Shown piece by piece: positions 21,548-30,966 of a DNA stretch of 64,000 nucleotides. The notes under the pieces were generated by a model that was not told the DNA's origin, did no database searches, and worked only from the letters and a program-made list of their open reading frames with translations. The stretch is from an uncultured delta proteobacterium (GTDB lineage Bacteria; Myxococcota_A; Polyangia; Polyangiales; Polyangiaceae). The stretch is taken from positions 1 through 64,000 of the forward strand of contig CAVOKF010000003.1 in assembly GCA_963696385.1 (NCBI GenBank), read 5' to 3'. Each line of letters begins with the position of its first letter. The first letter of the stretch is position 1. Both the position numbers and the translations under genes were made by a program.

Positions 21548-22288
21548 TCATCTTCGGTACCGCGATTCTGGAACCTCGTATTCGTAGAGATTCTCCGGAA
21601 AATCACTGAAGCAGTACGCTTTGGGGTGCGCCGAGCACACATAAAGCTCGGCGGCCATTCGATCATCTCGGTGGGCTTGCCAGTAGGCGTAACCGTTCTG
21701 CAATTTGCGAATGTATTCGCTCGTGGCCCACCAGAAGTTGCCGCCGTAGTGTGTGTGGATGTCGTCGAGCTCGACGCCGCACGTCTCGTGCTCCGTAAGG
21801 GCATTGACGCAGTCTCGCCAGCGCTCCAGGTTGAAGTACTCCATGTACAACCGCCACGCGTTGGTGGCCGGATTTGAGCAAGACGCGCCCTTTGTGTGAA
21901 AATAGAAGCACAAGAACGGCTCAGCGCGCGCCAGTGCCTCCTGCGACAGTCTCGCCAGAGTCGGGTATTCGAAGTCGCCCGGATTGTCAGTGACAAATAT
22001 ATCGAATTTGGGGTCGTCGAGGATCGGAAGGGGGAGTGCGCGGCTATGGCCTTTGCCGCCGACGAAACCGACGACGATTCTTTCGCACGCGTCGCGCAGG
22101 CCGCACGCGCGCAGCTTTGCGTATTGCTCGCCGGCGATCCGCGACCAGTCGCCGATGACGCCGATGTGCCAGAAGCCGACAATCTTCTTGGTAGGGTGCA
22201 GGCGCACGACTGGCTTCTCCCAGCTAGTCACGCACGAGTCCGCGCCCAGCGGCCTCTTCGAACGTGATGAGCTGGGCCCAGTCGTCAT
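21548..22288 (-). CDS. putative glycosyltransferase-like protein (true start may be ~22210)
   Basis: EYPTL, YFHTKG, WR.YMEYF, HYGGNFWWATSEYI motifs; coupled to GT60 gene. Confidence 0.55.
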   Translation of the reverse strand: MTTGPSSSRSKRPLGADSCVTSWEKPVVRLHPTKKIVGFWHIGVIGDWSRIAGEQYAKLRACGLRDACERIVVGFVGGKGHSRALPLPILDDPKFDIFVTDNPGDFEYPTLARLSQEALARAEPFLCFYFHTKGASCSNPATNAWRLYMEYFNLERWRDCVNALTEHETCGVELDDIHTHYGGNFWWATSEYIRKLQNGYAYWQAHRDDRMAAELYVCSAHPKAYCFSDFPENLYEYEVPESRYRR

Positions 22289-23237
22289 CAGAGTGAATCG
22301 TCACCGGATCGGGATTCTTGCCGGTGAACACATCGGGATGCGCGCGCTTGCGAGTAAAGTCGAAGCCCGCGTAGGTCTCGTAGTCGCGCAGCGTGCGCTC
22401 GTGGCCGAGACAATACGGACCCAGTGTGTGCCCTTCGGCGGTGTAAACGAGTCGGCGCAGGCGATCGAGCGCGATGGCGTTGTGCCGCCTAATGACCTCT
22501 TCGCCGTGTTCCCAGTGTCGTCGCGGCGGTGCGTGACGATAGTACATGTGCCACGCGACCACCTCCGTCGGCAAAAAGAGGTCGTACCCCCACGTGTAGC
22601 TCCGCACGGTGACGCTGAACTCTTCGCCCCAATAGTAATGATCCGGGTCCTGCGGCACTTCGACGTTCCACTGGCCGCGCGTGAAGGCGAAGTTTCCGTT
22701 CACGAAGCGGGTGCGCCCCGGCTTCTGCTCGTTTGGATCACCGAAGTTGAACCATGGGGCCCACCCGCCGCCCTCGGACCATTCGCTGACGCGCGTCGTC
22801 GGGACGCCCATCTGAAAAGCGCGCTGGAGGTTGCCGGTGTCGTCGTAATAGAAGAGCGGCGAGTTCATGGACAGGATGGGCTTTTCGGCGGGCATCGACT
22901 CGAGCATCTCGATGAGGCGCGCGTCCCAGTCGGGCTCGAACTTCATGTGCGAGTCGACTTGCAGCGTGTAGGCCTCGCCGCGCCACAGCGACTGAGCCAA
23001 GTTGCGCGCCCAAGGGCCGCCCTGACTTTCTCGCACGCTGCGATCGAGGAAACGAAAGCGCGGGTCTTCGCGGAATCGACCGAGATCAGTGGACTCGTGT
23101 GGATCGAATTGCCAGCAGACGCCAAAGCGAAGCGCGTCCGGGAAGCGCGACATCTCTAGACAATCGTCGAGCGTACGCGGCAGTTCGGGGTCCGCGTAGG
23201 AGGCAATCGCCACGAAGACTCGCTGGTCCCTTTTCAC
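22224..23237 (-). CDS. GT60 GlcNAc transferase (Skp1-hydroxyproline Gnt1-like)
   Basis: VFVAIASYAD, RFGVCWQ, ARNLAQSLWRGEAYTLQVDSH, EVP.DP..WGEE, TWGYDLF.P. Confidence 0.85.
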   Translation of the reverse strand: MKRDQRVFVAIASYADPELPRTLDDCLEMSRFPDALRFGVCWQFDPHESTDLGRFREDPRFRFLDRSVRESQGGPWARNLAQSLWRGEAYTLQVDSHMKFEPDWDARLIEMLESMPAEKPILSMNSPLFYYDDTGNLQRAFQMGVPTTRVSEWSEGGGWAPWFNFGDPNEQKPGRTRFVNGNFAFTRGQWNVEVPQDPDHYYWGEEFSVTVRSYTWGYDLFLPTEVVAWHMYYRHAPPRRHWEHGEEVIRRHNAIALDRLRRLVYTAEGHTLGPYCLGHERTLRDYETYAGFDFTRKRAHPDVFTGKNPDPVTIHSDDDWAQLITFEEAAGRGLVRD

Positions 23238-23434
23238 CGTACGCTTTCAGGTCTTTGTCCAGCAACTGACATTTCGAGGGTAGACCGCGCTCTGCGCGAG
23301 TTCCAGGCCCAAGCACGGAGCACACGCGACCGAAGCGGCTCGTCGAAGCGGACCGTGCCGGCCGCGGCGCCAGTCCGCGAACACGATAAAAGAGTCTGCG
23401 ACCGCGGAACAGAAATGGGAGTAACGTAGCTCCC

Positions 23435-23899
23435 GTGACCGAGGGCAAGAGAACCATAGAAGAGCTGATCGCCGAAATCGAGGCCCTGAAGAGGCAACTC
23501 GAAGACCGCGACGCGAAAAGTGACACGCCCTTCTCACGCCGCGACCTCGCCAAGTGGATCGCACCCGTAGTCTTGACGCTGCCCGTCGTGCAGGTTGCGG
23601 CTGGGCTATCGGTCACGCTGGCAGGCGCTAAGGAGGCGGCCGCACAGGAGGGGGGGCAGTGCGTCCCCGCTCCGACCGCGTCGCCGACGTTCAAGCCAAC
23701 CGCGTCGCCGACGTTCAAGCCAACCGCGTCGCCGACCACCACCAAGAAGCCAGCACCGACGTTCAAGCCAACCGTCGCGCCGGTTCTGGGCACGGCGAGC
23801 GGCCCGAATTGCAGCCCTAGCCCGAGTGGCCTCGTCGTCCTCGGCAGCGCTCGCGCCCTTTCGGGCGTGAACTGGCTGGTCGTCGCACGCGCGGCGTGA
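23435..23899 (+). CDS. putative substrate/precursor: SRR..W.APVV leader plus Pro/Thr repeats
   Basis: SRRDLAKWIAPVVLTL, EAAA|Q, repeated PTASPTFK, hydrophobic C-terminus. Confidence 0.7.
   Translation: MTEGKRTIEELIAEIEALKRQLEDRDAKSDTPFSRRDLAKWIAPVVLTLPVVQVAAGLSVTLAGAKEAAAQEGGQCVPAPTASPTFKPTASPTFKPTASPTTTKKPAPTFKPTVAPVLGTASGPNCSPSPSGLVVLGSARALSGVNWLVVARAA
23672..23773 (+). repeat. 24-bp coding tandem repeat (PTASPTFK)
   Basis: CCRACCGCGTCGCCGACGTTCAAG x2 plus partial copies. Confidence 0.9.
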
Positions 23900-23915
23900 G
23901 CCTCGCGCCGGAACG

Positions 23916-25241
23916 TTGGCATGTCGGATGAGCACGACAAACGACCGCGGCCCGTCTTCGCTCAAGCACTCGGTGCTGCCGAAGTCGAAGCCGGGATTTT
24001 CCGCGCATCCGGTTGCAAACGAACTCGTTCTCTTGTCGCCCGACGGTGAAGTCACGCATGCGCTGAACGAGACTGCCGCGGCGGTCTGGGAGCTGTGCGA
24101 TGGCAATCACACACCGCTCGACATGCTCGAGGAGTTGCGGTCGCAGTACGACGGACGGGACGTGCACATCCTCGGCGACATCACTGCCGCGGTCCTGCGG
24201 TTTCAGCATCTAGGTTTGATCGAGGTGGCGACGCCTTCCGGCGACGAGGAGGTAACGTTTGGAGGGGGGCTCGCCAGCGATCGGCCGCGCGCGCGCTTCG
24301 TCTTCGGTGTGGAAGACAAGCCGTACTTTCACTGGCAGCTGGGAATCCTGTTCGAGTCGCTCGTTGGCCAGCTCAGGGCCGGTTGGGACATCACGCTCGT
24401 GGTGTGCAACGACCATGCAAGGCTCTCGCCCGAGCTTGCTCGCCTCGTGACCACTCACGGGCTGCGGGTGATCACCGGACGGAACCATGCTCACAGCCAC
24501 AAGATCGACTTCTCGTCTCACGACGGCGGCTACGTCGCTCTTAACCGCGTCGAGGCGCTCAGAGCGATCGCGTCCCACGTCGATCCGGAAGACGTCATAT
24601 GCCTGATGGACACCGACGTGTTCCTTTATGGCGAGCTCAACGCCGATCTGTTCCCGCGCGGAAACGCGATGGCGGCGGACACGATCATGAGCGACCCCCT
24701 GTTTTTGGGCGGCGGCTCGACGGAAAAGGGCATCGACCTGCAGAAAGTTTTGGCCGCGATCGGCGTGAGCACCGAACTCAAGCGCGGCGCGGTCACCGTG
24801 TTCATGACCGGCGCGAACGCAACGAACGAAAAGGTAATCAGAGACTGCTTCCGCTTCGCACAGATCATTTTTCTGCTCGGCAAAACGAACGGTCTGCCCG
24901 ACCATAACGTGTGGATGTCGGAGATGGCCTGCTTCGCGATGGCGTTCACCGCCAACGGAATCGACTTCGATCTGCTCCAGCACCCGCAGTTCATCACGCC
25001 GCTGCCGCAAGCGCAGTCGGTAGCCGAGGGCACGTTCTTTCACTACTACTGCGACGCGAACGACGGCCACGGAGGGCCGTTCTTCGGGTCGGCGTGGAAC
25101 AAGCAACTTTTCAACGATCGCAATTTCCTCGCGGAGAACCTCGAGAGTTTCCGCATCTCGGCAAAGACCGAGATCGAGCGCCGCTTTTTCGATCTGGCCA
25201 TCCGTGCCAGGAGAAGGCTGCTTGGGCCGCCCGCGACTTGA
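23916..25241 (+). CDS. PqqD/RRE fused to GT96/GT95-like glycosyltransferase
   Basis: LNETAAAVWELCDG RRE; PYFHWQ, YVALNR, LMDTD (DxD), WMSEM..F, FFHY. Confidence 0.7.
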   Translation: MACRMSTTNDRGPSSLKHSVLPKSKPGFSAHPVANELVLLSPDGEVTHALNETAAAVWELCDGNHTPLDMLEELRSQYDGRDVHILGDITAAVLRFQHLGLIEVATPSGDEEVTFGGGLASDRPRARFVFGVEDKPYFHWQLGILFESLVGQLRAGWDITLVVCNDHARLSPELARLVTTHGLRVITGRNHAHSHKIDFSSHDGGYVALNRVEALRAIASHVDPEDVICLMDTDVFLYGELNADLFPRGNAMAADTIMSDPLFLGGGSTEKGIDLQKVLAAIGVSTELKRGAVTVFMTGANATNEKVIRDCFRFAQIIFLLGKTNGLPDHNVWMSEMACFAMAFTANGIDFDLLQHPQFITPLPQAQSVAEGTFFHYYCDANDGHGGPFFGSAWNKQLFNDRNFLAENLESFRISAKTEIERRFFDLAIRARRRLLGPPAT

Positions 25242-25276
25242 TTCGCCCCAAACGGGTGACGGGGAAGGAGCAGGCA

Positions 25277-25897
25277 ATGATTCCGGAGCTCGAGCCGCCG
25301 GAATACTTGCGCCAAAAGAGCCTGCGGAACGCCGAGAAGAGCCCGTCTCTCGGACTCGGATTCAAGAAGGCGCGGCTCGAGCGGCAAGTGTACGAGCGAC
25401 TCCTCGCGCACTTTCGCAACAACATCGCACGCTTTGAGGTCGAGGCGCCCGAAGACGAAATTCGCACCGCCAAGAAGAACATGATCCCGGCGCTCTTGTT
25501 CGAGGATCCGACTTTCAACGAGCGCTTCGTCAGCGAGCTCAAGCCGCTGCATGAAATCTGGGCGAAAACACCGCTCCGGATCTCCGCCTGCTACGGGATT
25601 CGCGCGTACCAGTCCGGCACGTTCCTCTACAATCACGTCGACCGGAAGCCGCACATTGTAAGCTCGACGATTTGCATCGATCACGCGCTCGACTCGCGCT
25701 GGCCGCTGCACATCGAGAGCATCGACGGCACCGTGCACCAGATCGACATGGATCCGGGCGAGTACATTTCGTACGAGGGCGCACGTCTCATGCACGGTCG
25801 CCCCTACCCGCTCGACGGAGAGTTTTACGCCGGCATCTTCGTTCACTATTACCCGGCGGATATGCTCCGAAAAGACGAAGAAGAGGGGCGTGAGTGA
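25277..25897 (+). CDS. 2OG-Fe(II) oxygenase (putative prolyl hydroxylase)
   Basis: YGIRAY..G..L..HVD, WPL, HGRP, FVHY. Confidence 0.75.
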   Translation: MIPELEPPEYLRQKSLRNAEKSPSLGLGFKKARLERQVYERLLAHFRNNIARFEVEAPEDEIRTAKKNMIPALLFEDPTFNERFVSELKPLHEIWAKTPLRISACYGIRAYQSGTFLYNHVDRKPHIVSSTICIDHALDSRWPLHIESIDGTVHQIDMDPGEYISYEGARLMHGRPYPLDGEFYAGIFVHYYPADMLRKDEEEGRE

Positions 25898-27915
25898 TGC
25901 GCTCTCTTTATTATACGAATTATCAATCGGGCGTGTCGGGACTCTCGAATGGCATCATGTCGATCGAGATCGGCGTGATTCTCGCGCACCTGACGAATCG
26001 ACTGCTCGTTCTCGACGGCAACATTTCGCCGCCGGCGAATCTGGTCACCTACGACAGCCGCGTGAACAACGAAGTCGGAAGCCGCGTGACCGATCTCGTC
26101 GAGATTCCAGTGCCGTGGATTGAGGCGAGCGAGGTTGATCTGAGCGAACTCGAGAGTGCTGAGCTCACCAGTCTCGACTACTGGGACTTCGCCTTTTACT
26201 TTCCGAAAACGCTCGACGTGTCGTCGCACGACGCGCGCGCGTTCGCTCGCGATCGCACCCAGTGGGTGACGGTAACTGGCGAACACGACCGCGTGCCGGT
26301 GCTTAGGCTGTCCGAAGAGCCGTTGACTCCGGATCCGGTCACGGGCCGCGCGCGCAATAGGCGCGCGAACCTCGGCTTCTACAGCTACCAATTTTATCTC
26401 GATCAGGCGACGCGTCGTTCGGTCTACCGCATCCTCGAGCGAATGCAGGCAAAAAAGCCGTACGCGGAGCTGGCGGCCCGCGTGGCGCGGGACCTCCACA
26501 GCTTCAACGCAGTGCATTTCCGGCGCGGTGATTTCAAGGTCACGTACGGCGTGACGACCCTCGACCGAAAGCCCTCCGAGGCGATCGACGCCATGGCCCC
26601 TCTGTTCAGTCGCAAGGAGCCGCTGGTCATCCTCACCGACGAACGGGAGGATCCATTCTTCCGTGAGATCAAGCTCGCCTACCCCGAGCACCTCTTCATC
26701 GATTGGCACATCCTTGATCACTACGGCGCGGAGTTCGCAAAACTCGAACGCACCGATAGTTTAAGCCTCGCGTACCTATCTCAGCTCGTGGCGGCAGAGT
26801 CGAAAGAGTTTCTCGGCACGATGACCAGCACCTTCACGGCGCTCATTCAGCGCTATCGTGGCAATCGGGGTAAGCGCGAGGTCTTTCGCTACCTGTGGAA
26901 CGAGCTGCCCGATTCAGGCGCGAAGTTCGAGCGAGGCAGGCATGCCATCAGCGAATGCATCCCGCTCGATTGCGGTCGGATGGTCGACCTGTTCCAGGGG
27001 CCGTACTCATGGAACCGCGTGAGCCAGCAGCTGAACCCCGCGTGGATGCGCGAATGGCCGGAGAGCTTTCTTTTGCCGGAGGTCCTGCAGACCGGCTCGC
27101 TCGTCAAGGAAAAGGAGACGGTGACGGTTCCGACTTCGCTCGAGATCTCCGGGTTCATCAAAGAGCCGGTGCTTTATGTCGGGTTCGAGAACCTTCAGGT
27201 GGCGATCCGGTGCGAGGACGGGGCGCTTTTCAAGCGGCTTGCGACGGAACTCGGCGTCGACATCGCGACGCGAGCGAGAAACGTGATCGCGAACTTCGAC
27301 ATCACCCAGGGGGCGAGCTACGGCATCACGCAGCGCGGGCACGCAAAAGGAACGTTGTGCGACAAGAAGGAGCTTCCGATAGAGCTCAAGCGTCAGATCG
27401 CTACGCTACTTGCCGGCGTGCGCCACAACTATTCGTGGCTGACGTCCGCGGCATTTGCGAAGGACGGACGTGGGCTAGTGATCGCTGGCGATGTCGACGA
27501 CGCGAACGATCAGTTCGTCTGCCTGCTCGAGGCGCGAGGTTGGCGGTCGATCGATCGCAAGCTGATCGCGATTCGCGCCGGAGATCTCATGGTCATACCG
27601 TTTGGTGCCCAGACGCAGGGGGAGGGGTCTGCGTCGCAGGTACGCTTTGCCGTTCCCCTCGATCGCCTGGTGATTGCAAAGAAGGCGCCTCTCTACGCGC
27701 GGGATACGCGAATTCTTCCGATGTCGCCAGCGCATGGGGTCGCGGCTCTCGTCGGTCTGTCGCTCGATTTCAGCGTCGAGCGAGAGCGCGCGGTCGAAAA
27801 ACTTTGCCGTCTCATCGAGCAGAGGCCGGCGGCACTGCTTCACTATAGCCGCCCGGACGAGGCGGCCGAAGTCATCTCGCGCTTCGCCCATGCGGGCGGG
27901 GAGGACATCGAGTAA
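25894..27915 (+). CDS. O-fucosyltransferase-family protein with degenerate C-terminal HprK-like domain
   Basis: GLSN, FNAVHFRRGDF, ILTDE, FLGTMTSTFT; C-terminal SAAFAKDGRGLVIAG lacks GKS/T. Confidence 0.72.
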   Translation: MMRSLYYTNYQSGVSGLSNGIMSIEIGVILAHLTNRLLVLDGNISPPANLVTYDSRVNNEVGSRVTDLVEIPVPWIEASEVDLSELESAELTSLDYWDFAFYFPKTLDVSSHDARAFARDRTQWVTVTGEHDRVPVLRLSEEPLTPDPVTGRARNRRANLGFYSYQFYLDQATRRSVYRILERMQAKKPYAELAARVARDLHSFNAVHFRRGDFKVTYGVTTLDRKPSEAIDAMAPLFSRKEPLVILTDEREDPFFREIKLAYPEHLFIDWHILDHYGAEFAKLERTDSLSLAYLSQLVAAESKEFLGTMTSTFTALIQRYRGNRGKREVFRYLWNELPDSGAKFERGRHAISECIPLDCGRMVDLFQGPYSWNRVSQQLNPAWMREWPESFLLPEVLQTGSLVKEKETVTVPTSLEISGFIKEPVLYVGFENLQVAIRCEDGALFKRLATELGVDIATRARNVIANFDITQGASYGITQRGHAKGTLCDKKELPIELKRQIATLLAGVRHNYSWLTSAAFAKDGRGLVIAGDVDDANDQFVCLLEARGWRSIDRKLIAIRAGDLMVIPFGAQTQGEGSASQVRFAVPLDRLVIAKKAPLYARDTRILPMSPAHGVAALVGLSLDFSVERERAVEKLCRLIEQRPAALLHYSRPDEAAEVISRFAHAGGEDIE

Positions 27916-28916
27916 TGGCACCTCGAGACATCAAGCTCACCATCCGGTTGATCAACGGCGACTGCCACGAAGTTCGCTTGGGCGAAGATGCGCCAGAGCT
28001 CGCGACGCTGTTCGGTGCGCTCGCCTCGCCCTCGCCGGAGCACAGCGCGGAGAACCAATTCGTCGAGCTTCCGCTCGAGGGCGGCCGCGTCGCATGGTCG
28101 TTTCGGACGTCGAACGTCGTCTCGATCTTGAGCGACCCGCCGGTTGTGCTGAATCCGGAGCAGCTGAAACGCCCCGCGCAAACCGAGGCGCGCGCGGACG
28201 GCTCTGCAAAGGACGCCGCCGGGGTCGTGAATCAAACCGCGTACACACGCCGCCCTCGTTTTGTCGTCGTCGACGATTTCTTGGCCGCCGAGGAGCACGA
28301 TGAGCTGCTCGCCTACGCGCTGGTCTCCGAAGATCAGTTTCAGCCGGGTACCGTCTCCTCCTATGAGCCCGGAGTTCGGCAGAATCAAGCCATCATGAAT
28401 TTCGGTGAATCGGTTCACAGCCGATTCCTTGAAAATCGGTTGCTCATTTGGTTCCCACTCCTCGCGAAAACCTTGGGCATCCCAATGTTTCCGCTCTCCG
28501 CCTTCGAGTCGCAGCTCACCGCGGCGCGCGACGGCTACTACTTCAAAACGCATTCGGACGAATCACCTGACATTCCGCGCGTGCTCACTTGCATCTACTA
28601 CCTGCATCGCGAGCCGCGCGGTTTTGCCGGGGGCGAGCTGCGGCTGTACGACTGCATTGGAGATGGCGACGAGAGAAGGGCGGCCGAGACGTTCGCCACG
28701 GTGCACCCGACAGCCAACCGGCTCGTCGTGTTCGCGTCGAATGAGCTCCATGAGGCTCGGCCGGTTCGCTGTCCATCGGTGGAGTTCGCCGACAGCCGCT
28801 TTGCCGTCACCATGTGGATGCACCGCGCGAAAGAGTTCGATCCCCTCGCGCGGTTCGGTTGGGGCCATTTCTCTTGTGGCGTCCTGCCGCCACAGCTGCG
28901 GAAGCCGAAGTCGTGA
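27915..28916 (+). CDS. 2OG-Fe(II) oxygenase, prolyl 4-hydroxylase-like
   Basis: ESQLT, FKTHSD, RVLTCIYYL, GGELRLYD, NRLVVF..HE, SRFAVTMW. Confidence 0.82.
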   Translation: MAPRDIKLTIRLINGDCHEVRLGEDAPELATLFGALASPSPEHSAENQFVELPLEGGRVAWSFRTSNVVSILSDPPVVLNPEQLKRPAQTEARADGSAKDAAGVVNQTAYTRRPRFVVVDDFLAAEEHDELLAYALVSEDQFQPGTVSSYEPGVRQNQAIMNFGESVHSRFLENRLLIWFPLLAKTLGIPMFPLSAFESQLTAARDGYYFKTHSDESPDIPRVLTCIYYLHREPRGFAGGELRLYDCIGDGDERRAAETFATVHPTANRLVVFASNELHEARPVRCPSVEFADSRFAVTMWMHRAKEFDPLARFGWGHFSCGVLPPQLRKPKS

Positions 28917-30055
28917 TCACCACTGTCTTCTGTAACTCCGACGAGCCGGAGTGGCGCGCCGAGCTGCTCGAGTATTCCTGGGGCCGGGCGCGGCAGCCGG
29001 GCGAACTCGTTCGGTTGGTCGCAGAGTCGCCTTCGCCGCCGAGTCATCGCCATGCGCGCGTCGTACCCACGACGGCGTGGTCTCCTCATCCGTACACGGG
29101 CGACGTCTACGCGCCGTATCAAAGAGCGGGTGGGGTCCTCGAATGGCTCTTCACCGAGCAGCCCGACGGAACAATTCTCCTTGTCGAGCCCACCACGGTC
29201 TTTCGCGCCGCGGTGACCGACGAAGTACGGCCGGGCGGAGCGAAGGCGACGGCACGGTCCGTCTCGGATGGTTGGGATGGCCGGTCGCAAGGCAAGGGTC
29301 CGTTTGGTCTCGGGCCAACTTTTGCGTTCTTGGAGAAATACTGCATCGATCGCGACCTCGAACTCGACGCAGTGAAACTTCCGCTGCTCATTCACTCGAA
29401 AGACCTGCGCAAAATCGCCGCGCGCTGGCTCGAGCTCATGAGCCTCATTCGCGCCGAGGCGGCGCGCGCACAAGACCGCCCGCTGAAAGATGCCGACGAG
29501 GTGGCCTACCTGATCGCTGCGGCCGAAGCGCACGTACCGCACAGCGTCGCAGAGCTCGGCATCGGCACCGAAGTCGTGAGCGGTGCGGCACCACTTATCG
29601 ACTACCGGCGCCCGATCGAATATGCGGACCGCGAATCTGGCGAGGGCGGAAACCTTTGGGAGTGGAGCAAGTATGACGCCTGGCGTCCGGTGCAGCCGGC
29701 GTCCGCGAAGACGGAAACGGGCCGGGAGGTGCTCACCATCCTAAGCGACCTGATCGAGCGTCGCGCACGCGGACACGAGCTCGACTTTCTTCGTCCCCGC
29801 AGGAACAACGGTGTCCGCGAAGGCAAGATTCTTGGCTCGTTATTTCTCGAGATTCCTGGCCGCGCAGACACGGTCTCGCTCAACACCGCCGGCGCCGCCA
29901 TCTGGGAGGCCTGTGACGGAGCGCGCACCATCGCCGACATTCACCGAACGCTCGAGTGGCGCTTCGAGATGCCGCCTGGGGCGTTGCAAGACGACGTCGA
30001 GGTGGTGATTCGGCGCCTCGAAAAGATCGACGCGCTTCGGTTGGAGCCGGTCTAG
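28913..30055 (+). CDS. GT96/GT95-like domain fused to C-terminal PqqD/RRE
   Basis: YSW..ARQPGELVRL, WSPHPYTGDVY, GVLEWL, IHSKDLRKIAARWL; LNTAGAAIWEACDG. Confidence 0.72.
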   Translation: MITTVFCNSDEPEWRAELLEYSWGRARQPGELVRLVAESPSPPSHRHARVVPTTAWSPHPYTGDVYAPYQRAGGVLEWLFTEQPDGTILLVEPTTVFRAAVTDEVRPGGAKATARSVSDGWDGRSQGKGPFGLGPTFAFLEKYCIDRDLELDAVKLPLLIHSKDLRKIAARWLELMSLIRAEAARAQDRPLKDADEVAYLIAAAEAHVPHSVAELGIGTEVVSGAAPLIDYRRPIEYADRESGEGGNLWEWSKYDAWRPVQPASAKTETGREVLTILSDLIERRARGHELDFLRPRRNNGVREGKILGSLFLEIPGRADTVSLNTAGAAIWEACDGARTIADIHRTLEWRFEMPPGALQDDVEVVIRRLEKIDALRLEPV

Positions 30056-30057
30056 AT

Positions 30058-30966
30058 ATGAATGCGGCCGACAGCCAGATTTTCATCTCGATCGCGTCGT
30101 ACCGCGACATGTATCTGCCGTTCACTATCGACTCGGCGATTTCGAATGCGACGCATCCTCGTCGTCTGACATTCGGTATCTGCTGGCAAGCCGACGAGAC
30201 CGAAGAGCTGGATCGTTTCATCGGCGATCGATTTCGCATTCGCAAATATCCCTATCAAGCGAGTCTCGGCTACGGATGGGCGCGTCACGAAGTGCAAAAG
30301 CTCTATAACGGCGAGCCGTATCATCTGCTTATCGACTCGCACTCGGCATTCGCGCCCGGTTGGGACGAAAACCTGATCGCCCAGCTCGAGAGCAAGCCAA
30401 GCAAGAAGCCTCTCCTCACGACCAGCTCCCCGCCGTTTACCTTCGATGGAGGTAAAAGGGTCGTGTTCCCCTGGAATGGAACGGAAGAGGAGGGGGTGCC
30501 GCTGATGCGCTGCGAGCTCGTCCGCCCGGAAGGATGGCTTGACATTCAGATGTCGACGGAGCGCAAGACCGAGCGTCACCAAAAGACGCCGTTCAGCTGT
30601 TGCAATTTCGTCTTTACGCACGGCGTGTGGATCGAGGAGGTGCCGGAGGATCCGGCGATGATCAACGCGTGCCACGAGGGACCGCTCTCCATCCGCACAT
30701 TCACGCACGGCTATGACATGTTCTTGCCCGACGAGATTCAGGTGTGGCACCTCGACTATGGCAACTATCCGGGCGGCTATCGTCACAAGGTGTGGGAGAC
30801 GAAGAGCGGCAAGTGGCAGAGTGAACACACTGACAAGATGATCCAGCGGATGCAAACGCTGGTCTTCGGCACGGGCGATATGAAAACCCTCGGTCGCTAT
30901 GGGCCAGGCACAGAGCGCAGCGTCCGCGAGTGGGGCGAGCTCGCGGGCCTCGATCTTACGCCGTAG
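30058..30966 (+). CDS. second GT60 GlcNAc transferase
   Basis: IFISIASYRD, FGICWQ, WAR..QKLYNGEPY.LLIDSH, EVPEDP, THGYDMFLP. Confidence 0.83.
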   Translation: MNAADSQIFISIASYRDMYLPFTIDSAISNATHPRRLTFGICWQADETEELDRFIGDRFRIRKYPYQASLGYGWARHEVQKLYNGEPYHLLIDSHSAFAPGWDENLIAQLESKPSKKPLLTTSSPPFTFDGGKRVVFPWNGTEEEGVPLMRCELVRPEGWLDIQMSTERKTERHQKTPFSCCNFVFTHGVWIEEVPEDPAMINACHEGPLSIRTFTHGYDMFLPDEIQVWHLDYGNYPGGYRHKVWETKSGKWQSEHTDKMIQRMQTLVFGTGDMKTLGRYGPGTERSVREWGELAGLDLTP

